From: Synechococcus sp.
Lineage (GTDB): Bacteria > Cyanobacteriota > Cyanobacteriia > Thermostichales > PCC-7336
Direction of reading: 5' to 3'
DNA: 64,000 nucleotides
NCBI GenBank assembly: GCA_051439425.1
Contig: JBFRWD010000102.1
Coordinates: forward strand, 5,603 to 69,602
Positions 22,438 through 31,532 of the stretch are shown piece by piece. Within the stretch, counting starts at the first letter, position 1. Every line of letters begins with the position of its first letter. The position numbers and the translations under genes are program-made. The notes below the pieces were generated by a model. The model saw nothing but the letters and a program-made list of their open reading frames with translations, did not search any database and was not told the DNA's origin.

Positions 22438-22779
22438 GTTCGAGCGGCAGAGACTGAATGCAGACTGACAAGCCAAAAAGGGTAAAAGCCCCATAGCTTC
22501 TCTCGCACGCATGAGTCTTATCCGAAAGCAACGGCAACTCTGTAACCATGAGCAGGCCTGTACAAACCTCCCATTAACGTCAGTTCGATAGAAGAAGATC
22601 GTCTAGAAGAGAGCAGGGAGTAGAGCCTGTAGTCCGTTGTATCGAAGGTCAAGGGAAGGCTTGGTGGGTAGATAGGCATAGGCGAATATCCCGAGAATTG
22701 AGCATATCTCCAAAATTAAGAATTCTGGGGGAGATCGCCATAGGGTAGGCTGTGAACGTCATGTCTGGCTTCAGAATTT

Positions 22780-23697
22780 ATGAAGATTGCGATCGCAGGA
22801 GGAACTGGATTTGTGGGGCAGCGGCTGGTCGAGCTGCTGTTACAGGCCGGACATTCAGTTGCCGTCCTAACTCGCAATCCTGCTAACGCCCCGCTGAGTG
22901 CTGCAGACAAACTGGAGCTGATAGCTTACGACCCCTTTAGCGTTGAAAGTTGGGGTACAGCATTGAGCGGCTGCGACGGAGTGGTGAATTTAGCAGGCGA
23001 ACCACTGACGGAAAATCGATGGAGCGATCGCCAAAAAGACGAGATTTTACGCAGTCGAACCCGCACCACATCCATGATGGTGAAGGCGATCGAGGCTTTG
23101 GAGAGCAAGCCATCAGTGGTGGTGAGCGCATCGGCAGTCGGGTACTACGGCCCTCATGGTGATGAAGAACTAGATGAGTCGGCAGCACCTGCTGACGATT
23201 TTTTGGCCCGCGTTTGCAAAGAGTGGGAAGCCGCCGCTCAGCCATTGGAAACTATGGGGGTTCGCCTCGTCCAAATCCGCATCGGCATCGTTCTTGGCAA
23301 AGACGGCGGAGCATTGGGAAAGATGCTGGCGGCATTCCAGATGTTTGTGGGGGGACCCATTGGCTCCGGTAAGCAATGGTTATCGTGGATTCATCGGGAT
23401 GACTTAGCAGGCTTGATTCTATATGCCCTGACAACCAACAGCGTGTCTGGGGTGTTGAACGGTACGGCACCCAACCCCGTCAAAATGTCCGAATTCAGCG
23501 ACACACTGGGCAAAGTTCTCGCCCGTCCTTCATGGCTGCCAGTGCCCCCCATTGCTCTCGAAATCATTCTGGGAGAGGCAGCCCAAGTTGTACTCACAGG
23601 CCAGAGAGTCCTGCCGACACGAACGTTACAGCAGGGATACAGTTTCACCTATTCACAATTGGAACCTGCGCTGCGAGAGATTCTGGTTGAGTCGTAA
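22780..23697 (+). CDS. TIGR01777-type NAD-dependent epimerase/oxidoreductase
   Basis: IAGGTGFVG, VNLAGEP, RWS..K..SR, SASAVGYYG, GSGKQWLSWIHRDD. Confidence 0.92.
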   Translation: MKIAIAGGTGFVGQRLVELLLQAGHSVAVLTRNPANAPLSAADKLELIAYDPFSVESWGTALSGCDGVVNLAGEPLTENRWSDRQKDEILRSRTRTTSMMVKAIEALESKPSVVVSASAVGYYGPHGDEELDESAAPADDFLARVCKEWEAAAQPLETMGVRLVQIRIGIVLGKDGGALGKMLAAFQMFVGGPIGSGKQWLSWIHRDDLAGLILYALTTNSVSGVLNGTAPNPVKMSEFSDTLGKVLARPSWLPVPPIALEIILGEAAQVVLTGQRVLPTRTLQQGYSFTYSQLEPALREILVES

Positions 23698-23864
23698 CAG
23701 CACCGCTGTAGAACAGCTCAAAGGCTGAATTCTGCAGCGAGAAACAGCATGAAAAACAATTGGGATTGGTGCTGGAGATCGAACTAATTGGCTGGCTAGC
23801 TTGATGGGAAGCCATTGGCAAGCGAGAATAACAACAGTCCCGTGCCCAGATTGAACGAACCCCT

Positions 23865-24605
23865 GTGAACACTGTCCGTACTGTTTCCTCAACCAAAGCT
23901 GCCTTTCAGCAGGTCTACCAACGTCCGATTAATTCGGTTTACCGCCGATTTGTCGAAGAGTTTTTAACCGAACTGCATCTGGTAACGGTTAACAGCAAGT
24001 TCACCTACGATCCCTTCTTTGCCATGGGGATGGTCAAGGTTTACGAGCAGTTTATGCAGGGATACGCCCCCACCGATCAAGCACAGCCAATTTTCCATGC
24101 AATCTGCCAATCACTGCAGTTTAAGCCTGAGGTGATCCGTCAAGATGCTGACAAGCTAACCGAGATTTTGTCCACCGCCGATCGCGAGCGTGCCCTGGAA
24201 GTTCTGCAGCTAAATGCCACTACTGCAGATATCGGCGGAATCAAAGGCATTTTGGACAAAATCCGCACCAACCCAGACTTCCACTACAGCCGCACCTTCC
24301 TCCTAGGCTTGTATATTGCATTCACAATGGTGGCTCCGGAGAATGCGGACAAGGAGCGCAAAGCCCAGCTATTTAGCGATATTACCGAAGCCCTCAAATT
24401 CCCAAAAGAGCGTGTAGACAAAGATCTCGATCTGTACAACTCTAATATCGAGAAGTTGGAGCAAGCGCTCGCTGTCATGAAAGATTTAGCTGAAGCAGCA
24501 CAGCGCGACCGCGAGAAAGCAGCCGCTCCCCCTGCAGCGGAGACCACGAGCGAAGCCGCCACTAATACGGGTTCAGAGGAAACCACCCCAACTACTGTTG
24601 AGTAG
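23865..24605 (+). CDS. psb29: Photosystem II biogenesis protein Psb29/THF1
   Basis: RTVSSTKAAF..RPINSVYRRFVEEFLTELHL, FHYSR, KDLDLY..K. Confidence 0.93.
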   Translation: MNTVRTVSSTKAAFQQVYQRPINSVYRRFVEEFLTELHLVTVNSKFTYDPFFAMGMVKVYEQFMQGYAPTDQAQPIFHAICQSLQFKPEVIRQDADKLTEILSTADRERALEVLQLNATTADIGGIKGILDKIRTNPDFHYSRTFLLGLYIAFTMVAPENADKERKAQLFSDITEALKFPKERVDKDLDLYNSNIEKLEQALAVMKDLAEAAQRDREKAAAPPAAETTSEAATNTGSEETTPTTVE

Positions 24606-24679
24606 CTAATTCTTTTACAGTCCTGAATTCATCCGGCCTACCAGCCCGATCGCAACAAACTATTGTCCTGGTGTTTACT

Positions 24680-24940
24680 ATGGTTGCCTTTCTAGAGCTT
24701 TTGTGGACTGTGTCCGCTGTTTTGATGATTGTCTTAGTCCTGCTTCACAGCCCCAAAGGTGACGGAATTGCGGCAATCGGCGGCCAAGCACAGTTGTTCT
24801 CGAGCACGAAAAGCGCAGAGCAAAGTTTGAACCGCGTCACGTGGATCGTTCTGGCAGTGTTTTTAGCACTGAGCATAGTACTGGCCCTAGGTATCTTTGG
24901 CCCTACCGCACAGCTAGGCCTGAAGAGTTTAATCGGCTAA
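24680..24940 (+). CDS. secG: Preprotein translocase subunit SecG
   Basis: LVLLHSPKGDGIAAIGGQAQLFSSTKSAEQSLNRVTW. Confidence 0.95.
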   Translation: MVAFLELLWTVSAVLMIVLVLLHSPKGDGIAAIGGQAQLFSSTKSAEQSLNRVTWIVLAVFLALSIVLALGIFGPTAQLGLKSLIG

Positions 24941-25029
24941 TTCTCCGACCGACGACCGCTCGAGAGGCTATTCAGTTCTTGAGTAGCTTCTCGAGCGGTC
25001 GTTGTTTCAATCTAGACGATGAACTCAGT

Positions 25030-25575
25030 TCATCCTTTTAGGTCGAGTAAACCTTTCTCCTTCAATTTGGGATGAAACCTTAGCGGCTCTTGAACGTTGC
25101 GCTTTGCCAACACAGCTAATATTTCAGCTTCCACACGGCGAGCGACTTGCTTCAGAGCTTTGGTACGCGATCGCTCATCTAACTCGGAAGAGGCTAACTC
25201 CGTTTTCTCGTCATCGGTCATCTGCAGCGTGGCATCAACCGGCGAATCCCAATCAGAAGCCGATTCGTTTCCAGGAGGCGTCGAACCATTGTTTTCAATC
25301 CAAGCCTGACAAATGCCGTCTAAGACTGTGCGACTGGGGCGACCGATCGCCTGCACCTTGACCCAATGACACAGAGCAGGTTTACGGACTAGGTGCAATC
25401 GCAAGCTTGACAGGACATCGCGAGAATAACCGACGTACTGTAACTGGCGATCGCCATCAAAAATCGCATAGGCCCCCACCATTGCTGACAGCTCCCGCGG
25501 GAGAAGTCCTTCGGCATTAATGAATGGGAGGTACTGTAGGTCTGCCAAAGCGGCTGGAGCAACTGTAGTTGACAT
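25030..25575 (-). CDS. GIY-YIG domain protein (cyanobacterial/plant type)
   Basis: GAYAIFD..LQYVGYSRDV..L..HL; WIENNGSTPPGN. Confidence 0.82.
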   Translation of the reverse strand: MSTTVAPAALADLQYLPFINAEGLLPRELSAMVGAYAIFDGDRQLQYVGYSRDVLSSLRLHLVRKPALCHWVKVQAIGRPSRTVLDGICQAWIENNGSTPPGNESASDWDSPVDATLQMTDDEKTELASSELDERSRTKALKQVARRVEAEILAVLAKRNVQEPLRFHPKLKEKGLLDLKG

Positions 25576-25825
25576 TTGAGATTGACAGAATTCACGGCAT
25601 CCCAACCTAGCATCCAGAATTGAGCCAGCAGCTTAACACCCTAGGAATGACACCGAACTTGAATTTACCGTTGCATTACTTTATTCAGACAGCAGCCATC
25701 CAAATAGCAACGTTTCTGGAACCTTGCACGCACGAGGAGAAATACCTAAACCTTCTAAGCCCTTCAGTTTGTTTATCGTAGTGGAGCGATCTCGCATTAC
25801 AAATGCCTTGCAAATGAAAGACAGC

Positions 25826-25855
25826 CATTGTCACAACAATCATTGTCACAACAAT
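25826..25855. repeat. Perfect 15-bp tandem duplication containing a palindrome
   Basis: CATTGTCACAACAAT twice; each unit contains ATTGT-N4-ACAAT. Confidence 0.85.
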
Positions 25856-25969
25856 CGGCCAATATTAAAGGATGTTGCAATCCTGGGATAGTATTCGTAA
25901 ATCTCTAAGGCCACATGGTAATTTGATTCCCATTGGATACCGTTCTGTTCGGAAATCAGGAGCCTGACA

Positions 25970-26188
25970 TTGCTAGCCTCTTCATCCAGCTTTTCTACCC
26001 CGTCCGATTTGTCTGGCCAGCAGGGCACCATTCTTGATTACGTTGCCGATATGCAACTGCACATGGCACTTCAGTCTCGCAACCTGATCCCTGGGATGAA
26101 CTCTGAGACGGTTAATAACAGTCGCTTGGAAATGCTGACGGAAGCGCAAGCAGCATCCGAGAAATCTGCCTCCCGTCAGTGGTTGTAA
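25970..26188 (+). CDS. Small hypothetical protein (72 aa)
   Basis: TILDYVADMQLHMALQSRNL segment looks like a conserved cyanobacterial small protein; followed by a terminator. Confidence 0.6.
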   Translation: MLASSSSFSTPSDLSGQQGTILDYVADMQLHMALQSRNLIPGMNSETVNNSRLEMLTEAQAASEKSASRQWL

Positions 26189-26270
26189 ACAGCAAACGAT
26201 AGTTCCACAAGTTTGCTCTGCGCGCAGTCTGTAAACACCGCAGTACGACAAATTAATTCCGACATAGAAC

Positions 26271-26301
26271 CGCGGTAGTCCAATAGCTACCGTGTTTTTT
26301 T
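26271..26301 (+). terminator. Rho-independent terminator
   Basis: GCGGTAG-tccaatag-CTACCGT stem followed by T7. Confidence 0.7.
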
Positions 26302-26446
26302 ATGCCCCCATCCGAGACAAGTGACTTGGCTGGCTTTTAACAATCCTTTACGATTGAACTGTTATTGGGTGTCGTAATGCTTGAGGTGCGTATACACCCG
26401 CACTTCACCCAGATACCATGCCATTCGTTAGGTTGCCATCCTTACG

Positions 26447-27016
26447 ATGCTGTCCCGTCTACCTGTCACCCTCAGCACGCGACCCCTCAGCGCTGGCGTT
26501 CTTGTCTTTATTTGGGGATTGATTGAATCTAGCAACCCAACCATTAACCTGATTGGCTATACCGGTGGTATTCCCTTGATTTTGGGAGGGTTGGTGATGA
26601 AAGCAGTAGAACTCAAGCCAGTCCCAGCGATGTACGATGTCACCCCCGAGCTTGAGAAAGCTCGCGAACAGCAATCGACGGAAATTCAGCAACAGATTAT
26701 TGGTGATATCACCAAGTACAACTACGGTGCAGATGCCCATCTCGACACCGCCTTGGAAGCCCTAAACCTCAAGGGAAGAACCGATGCAGAACTTCCCCGC
26801 ATTGAAGGCTATGGGGAAGAACTGCGGGACGGTCGCTACACTCTCGTATTGCGCTTCAACACCTCTCGCTTACCCTTCGAGCGCTGGGAGAAAAGTTACG
26901 AGAAGAAGATGAAAACCTTCTTCGGTCACGATGTGGATGTGGAACTCACACAACCCCAAAAAGACATTGCACAAATCGCCATCATCACTAAACAGGGAGC
27001 CGTTTCTCCGTCCTAG
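26447..27016 (+). CDS. DUF2854-like membrane protein
   Basis: NLIGYTGGIPLILGGLVMKAVELKPV, DITKYNYGADAHLD..L, FFGHDV. Confidence 0.75.
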   Translation: MLSRLPVTLSTRPLSAGVLVFIWGLIESSNPTINLIGYTGGIPLILGGLVMKAVELKPVPAMYDVTPELEKAREQQSTEIQQQIIGDITKYNYGADAHLDTALEALNLKGRTDAELPRIEGYGEELRDGRYTLVLRFNTSRLPFERWEKSYEKKMKTFFGHDVDVELTQPQKDIAQIAIITKQGAVSPS

Positions 27017-27123
27017 TTCCTGACATCCCGAGAACAGTTGAGTGAAGACTGTCTGTAGTCTGAATCATCTCAATCAGGGCACACATTACGAGAGGTGCGG
27101 CAAAACCCATCACCTACGAGCGT

Positions 27124-27615
27124 TTAGATCGGCACTGACGGACGATCGATCGCTCGCAGCCCCCCAAAGCGCTCGGCAATGATGTCGTCGTAGGTATCGG
27201 CGATCGCAGCCACGCACAAAATGCACGTCTGCAACTCCAGTAAATCCAAGCTGTCGCCACCCAACACGCTTTCTGAAAACACCACGTTGTTACTGTCATC
27301 CAGTTGAAAGGCACCAAACTGCATGCGGCGATTTTCGGACAGGAGGTAGTGCATTAACTCGGTATCCATCGCAGTGCCGATAGTGACGCAACTGGTTGCC
27401 CGCACAATTGCCATATCCGAGTCATCCCACGGGTGAATCTCCCAGGGTAGAACTTCGACCTCTAGCATGGTGGACTCGTACAACAGATCGAACTTGGGGC
27501 GATCGCCGATCGCTCGCATCGAGTCTTTGAACAAGCGCGAAGTCGTGAGGTAATCGGCCACTTTCTGGTAGGTAACGGCCTGAGTTTGGCTGATCGAGGG
27601 TACTGATTCTGACAT
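27124..27615 (-). CDS. YbjN / CesT-like chaperone domain protein
   Basis: ELMHYLLSENRRMQFGAFQLD..VVF..LGGDSLD; IADTYDDIIAERFGG. Confidence 0.75.
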   Translation of the reverse strand: MSESVPSISQTQAVTYQKVADYLTTSRLFKDSMRAIGDRPKFDLLYESTMLEVEVLPWEIHPWDDSDMAIVRATSCVTIGTAMDTELMHYLLSENRRMQFGAFQLDDSNNVVFSESVLGGDSLDLLELQTCILCVAAIADTYDDIIAERFGGLRAIDRPSVPI

Positions 27616-28008
27616 GCAAGCGATTCGGATACAGAGGAGAAGAACGGGCTGAGTGGCAGCAATGGCGAGCCGACTAACTTAGCCTGCCTCCAAACACGTT
27701 AAAACATCCGATTGCATTTGCGATCCTCATATTCGATCGATGCATCTGTGTCCGGACACATATTCGGAGCTGCCCATCGAACCAAGACTGACAGCATCAT
27801 CGTTGCCATATCGAGACACCCCCTACCCCCCTCCTTAATCATTAGTCTTTCAATGCCAGCCCAACCAATCCTGAAAAAAGGCTGGGAGAGCAACGCGATA
27901 TGCAAGGGATCTTTGGAGGCAAACTCCGCCCATTAAAGGCTCATTAAAATTGAGGCAACCTTGACTTAACGAAATAGCTAGCTTTAGATCGAGAGATTAG
28001 TTCTTCTC

Positions 28009-28998
28009 TTGCAGTTCTCTGTTCCAGCTATAACGGCCAGTTTCATGACCAAAAATCTCCCGATGCTCGCCCAACAGACTCCAACCGGAGACTTGGATAT
28101 TTGCGATCGCCGGGTCGATTTTTTTACTCGACTAGTCAAAGGCGTCCTCGTTCTCGCCGGAGCAATTCTAACCATTACCCAAGTGGTGCAAATGATCCTC
28201 GATGGACAGAGTCTATCGCTATGGCTGGGGTTAGTAGCAGGCACTGGAATGACGTGGTTCGGTTGGAAAGCCCATCTGCGCAGCACCATCAAGCGAGTAG
28301 TGCTCAGGCATTCGTTCTCCGACAAATGGTTGGTGTGGTCTATCCCACTGGTTGTCATCGCCTCCATCGTTACCTTGCGTTACGTGGTGGGTCGCGAAAC
28401 ATTTCGAGGCATCAATGAAGAGGGAGGCGTGATTGAATACGGCACCTGTATAGCGTTCTTTCTAGCAGCCGTGTTTGCTGTACCCGTTGCCAAACAGTTG
28501 TGGAGACAAGGAAACAGAGTGCTGGGAGGGGCGTATGGTCTATTCACCCTCCTGTTGGGGTTTGTAGCATTTGAGGAAATTAGCTGGGGGCAGCGCCTCT
28601 TGGGAGTGAAGTCACCGGAATTTTTCGAGACTCACAATTCCCAAGCCGAGATCACGCTGCATAACTTGCTTTGGGTAAACGAGCTGATCGATCCCGCATT
28701 AATTGTGGTTGGGCTGCTGGGGGCATTTAGCTGGTTCTTGCTGGGAGCGCTCTCTCGTAGCTCGAATAGTCTCCTCAGGGGCGGATACGCGCTGTTTGTG
28801 CCGAGCTGGTTTTTGTCCTCCTACTTCCTAGTGGTGAGTGCTGTATACACCTGCACCAAATACATCGAGCCCGCTTATTACACTATGAGCATTTACGGAG
28901 AGACGGCGGAATTAGTCCTATCCCTCGGGTTCTTGATGCTGGTATTGAGCAGCTATTTCCGTCAGTGCGTGAGCAAACACTTTCCATTCAGTCGCTAG
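28009..28998 (+). CDS. Multi-pass membrane protein of unknown function
   Basis: About 8 TM segments; motif FEEISWGQR..PEFF..HNSQAEITLHN; start uncertain. Confidence 0.75.
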   Translation: MQFSVPAITASFMTKNLPMLAQQTPTGDLDICDRRVDFFTRLVKGVLVLAGAILTITQVVQMILDGQSLSLWLGLVAGTGMTWFGWKAHLRSTIKRVVLRHSFSDKWLVWSIPLVVIASIVTLRYVVGRETFRGINEEGGVIEYGTCIAFFLAAVFAVPVAKQLWRQGNRVLGGAYGLFTLLLGFVAFEEISWGQRLLGVKSPEFFETHNSQAEITLHNLLWVNELIDPALIVVGLLGAFSWFLLGALSRSSNSLLRGGYALFVPSWFLSSYFLVVSAVYTCTKYIEPAYYTMSIYGETAELVLSLGFLMLVLSSYFRQCVSKHFPFSR

Positions 28999-29053
28999 CT
29001 CTCTATGCGGCAGTCCTCTACTCCACCTGAAAAGCAGTCCAAGGATGTATAAG

Positions 29054-29090
29054 AATCCGCTGTAAGGTCTGGAGTGCGAGGACAGCTCAA
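29054..29090 (+). repeat. 37-bp dispersed repeat, copy 2
   Basis: AATCCGCTGTAAGGTCTGGAGTGCGAGGACAGCTCAA; 33/37 identical to 14730-14766. Confidence 0.8.
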
Positions 29091-29307
29091 GCCCTCGCTC
29101 TAACGGAAAATATTGCTAGAGACTTCTCCATGACTGATTGCAAAACGCAATAAGCTCAAGCATTCACATTCAAGGATCTCGGCTCGAAACAAAGTTGGGG
29201 GACACGGACAACGTCGGGAGCACTCAATCTGGATTCTCGACAGAAGAAGCCCGACAGTCCCAAGATCGACTACACTCATCAGCGGTGTCGCAGCCGATCG
29301 AACTGTT

Positions 29308-30324
29308 GTGAGAAAGCTCTACTGCCTACTACCGGGAACGACTCCCCCATTTGGCGGTGGCGGGTTGTGGGCAGAACTCAAGTTTATCGAACTGGCCCGA
29401 CAATTCTGTGAGGTGGAGATCGTCACCTACCGCCAGTACGAACCCAACCGCCCCTTTCTCGACACACTACACAACCGACACGATCCCTCCGGCATCTTTG
29501 TCATGAGTTGGGGATTTGACGTTAAAAAATTGTCCTATCGCCTGCGTCACGATAACGTTGTCTACCACGCCCACAGTTGCGGTTACCCCTTTCGGCTGCC
29601 CGTTCGCGTTCCCATCATTGCTGTCAGTCGCAACACCTTGGGCTATTGGGGTCGCAAAGCTCCAAATTCTCCCTTGTTTTACGTACCGAACTCAATTGGC
29701 GAAGAGTTTCGCGATCGCCGCCAGTCTCGTGACATTGACGTATTGGTACAGACTCGCAAGATGTCCAGCTACGTCCTCGAGCGCTTGGTGCCGGCCTTAC
29801 AACAGGTGTGCCGAGTTCAGCTAGTCGATCGCTACGTGGATGATTTAGCAGGGTTATTTAATCGCTCGAAGGTCTATCTCTACGATTCTGCCGATTATTG
29901 GGCAGTGAATGGAGTCACGGAAGGATTTGGATTGCCGCCGATAGAAGCTATGGCCTGCGGCTGCCAGGTGTTTTCCAGCGTCAACGATGCGCTAGCAGAT
30001 TACCTCGATCCCGGCTTCAACTGCCAAAAAATCGCTGTCTACTCTCTGGACTACGACATCCAGCGCATCCAAGCGGCCGTCTTGGGTCAACAACGCATGT
30101 CTGTGGATGCCCGATGTTTCGATCCCTATCGGGATACCGCCGTCTCCAGAAAACTACAGCAAGTATTGGTTGACATCAATCTGTTCTTCGATCACCGCGA
30201 TCGCCACCCCAATTCCCTCCCCCAACTCACATTCTGGCGATTGCAGCAGTTGTGGTGGCAGCAAATGTTGCAAAAACTGCTCAAACGCCACCAGCGTAAA
30301 AAACAAGCGAAACTGATGAAGTAA
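29308..30324 (+). CDS. Glycosyltransferase, GT-B / family 4-like
   Basis: EGFGLPPIEAMACG motif. Confidence 0.85.
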   Translation: MRKLYCLLPGTTPPFGGGGLWAELKFIELARQFCEVEIVTYRQYEPNRPFLDTLHNRHDPSGIFVMSWGFDVKKLSYRLRHDNVVYHAHSCGYPFRLPVRVPIIAVSRNTLGYWGRKAPNSPLFYVPNSIGEEFRDRRQSRDIDVLVQTRKMSSYVLERLVPALQQVCRVQLVDRYVDDLAGLFNRSKVYLYDSADYWAVNGVTEGFGLPPIEAMACGCQVFSSVNDALADYLDPGFNCQKIAVYSLDYDIQRIQAAVLGQQRMSVDARCFDPYRDTAVSRKLQQVLVDINLFFDHRDRHPNSLPQLTFWRLQQLWWQQMLQKLLKRHQRKKQAKLMK

Positions 30325-30506
30325 GCACAGCAGAGATTTACCCAAACTCTAGCAATGACAGGACTGACCTCGCTGTCGGTTGCGTGCGATTGCTGGCTGT
30401 TTGCAGCGAGTGAAGGTACAACTGTGGCAGCGATCGGCGAATACCCTTGCCTGTTAATCCATTTGTCCGCTCGTCACTCTAGCTGTCAACGGATCTGAGT
30501 TTGCTT

Positions 30507-31532
30507 GTGAGTCGTTCAACCAGTTCCCTACGATCGTTTGTCATTACCCGACTCCTGTTGTTGCCAGTCACATTGTGGGCAGTTTCGACCTTCCTATTCG
30601 TTCTACTAAGAATCACGGGCGATCCGATCGACGCCGCCCTTGGCCCGCGGGCATCAGAAGCCGCACGCGAACAAATGCGTCAAGCTATGGGGCTGACTGG
30701 CACGTATTTCGAGCAGTACCTGCGCTACATGGGTCAACTGCTGCATTTCGACTTAGGGACTTCCTTATCAACCACGGGTAAACCCGTTTGGGACATTATT
30801 GGGGATTTCTTCCCCGCCACCCTGGAGTTAGCGATTGGCGGTCTAGTTGTCTCCTTAGTCCTTGCCATTCCATTTGGTTTGCTAGCAGCCACCCATCCCG
30901 ATAGTCCCATCGACACTGCCACCCGTACCACCGGCATTTTGACGTATGCCATTCCGGTGTTCTGGATTGGGATGCTCTTGCAACTCATCTTTGGGGTGTT
31001 TTTGGGCTGGTTTCCGATTGGCAATCGCTTGCCTCCCGCCCTCAGTCCACCCACACATTTCACGGGGCTATACACCATCGATGCGGCCATTGCCCGAGAT
31101 TGGCCAACATTCACGGCCGCACTGCACCATTTGGCCATGCCTGCATTCACATTGGGCTTGGTCTTAGCTGGGGTATTTGCCCGCATGATTCGGGTACATA
31201 TGTTAGAGGTGCTGACATTGCCATTCATAGCGGCAGCACGGGCAAAAGGTCTGGCCGAATGGCGGGTGACTCTGCTGCATGCCGGACGGAATGCGCTAGT
31301 GCCGATTCTGACCGTGATTGGACTGGCTCTTGCCTCCCTAATGGGGGGCGCATTACTGACGGAGGTGACGTTTTCGTGGCCGGGATTGGCCAGACGCTTA
31401 ATGCTGGCTATTGGCGATCGCGATTATTTCGTGGTGCAGGGGCTAGTGGTATTCTTCGCTGCGATTGTGGTCACGATGAGTTTGCTGCTGGATATCCTCA
31501 ACGCTTACATCGATCCCCGCATTCGGTACTGA
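30507..31532 (+). CDS. Peptide/nickel ABC transporter permease (DppB family)
   Basis: GDPIDAALG, FDLGTS, FPATLEL, AARAKGL..H..RNAL, VTFSWPG, AYIDPRIRY. Confidence 0.92.
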   Translation: MSRSTSSLRSFVITRLLLLPVTLWAVSTFLFVLLRITGDPIDAALGPRASEAAREQMRQAMGLTGTYFEQYLRYMGQLLHFDLGTSLSTTGKPVWDIIGDFFPATLELAIGGLVVSLVLAIPFGLLAATHPDSPIDTATRTTGILTYAIPVFWIGMLLQLIFGVFLGWFPIGNRLPPALSPPTHFTGLYTIDAAIARDWPTFTAALHHLAMPAFTLGLVLAGVFARMIRVHMLEVLTLPFIAAARAKGLAEWRVTLLHAGRNALVPILTVIGLALASLMGGALLTEVTFSWPGLARRLMLAIGDRDYFVVQGLVVFFAAIVVTMSLLLDILNAYIDPRIRY

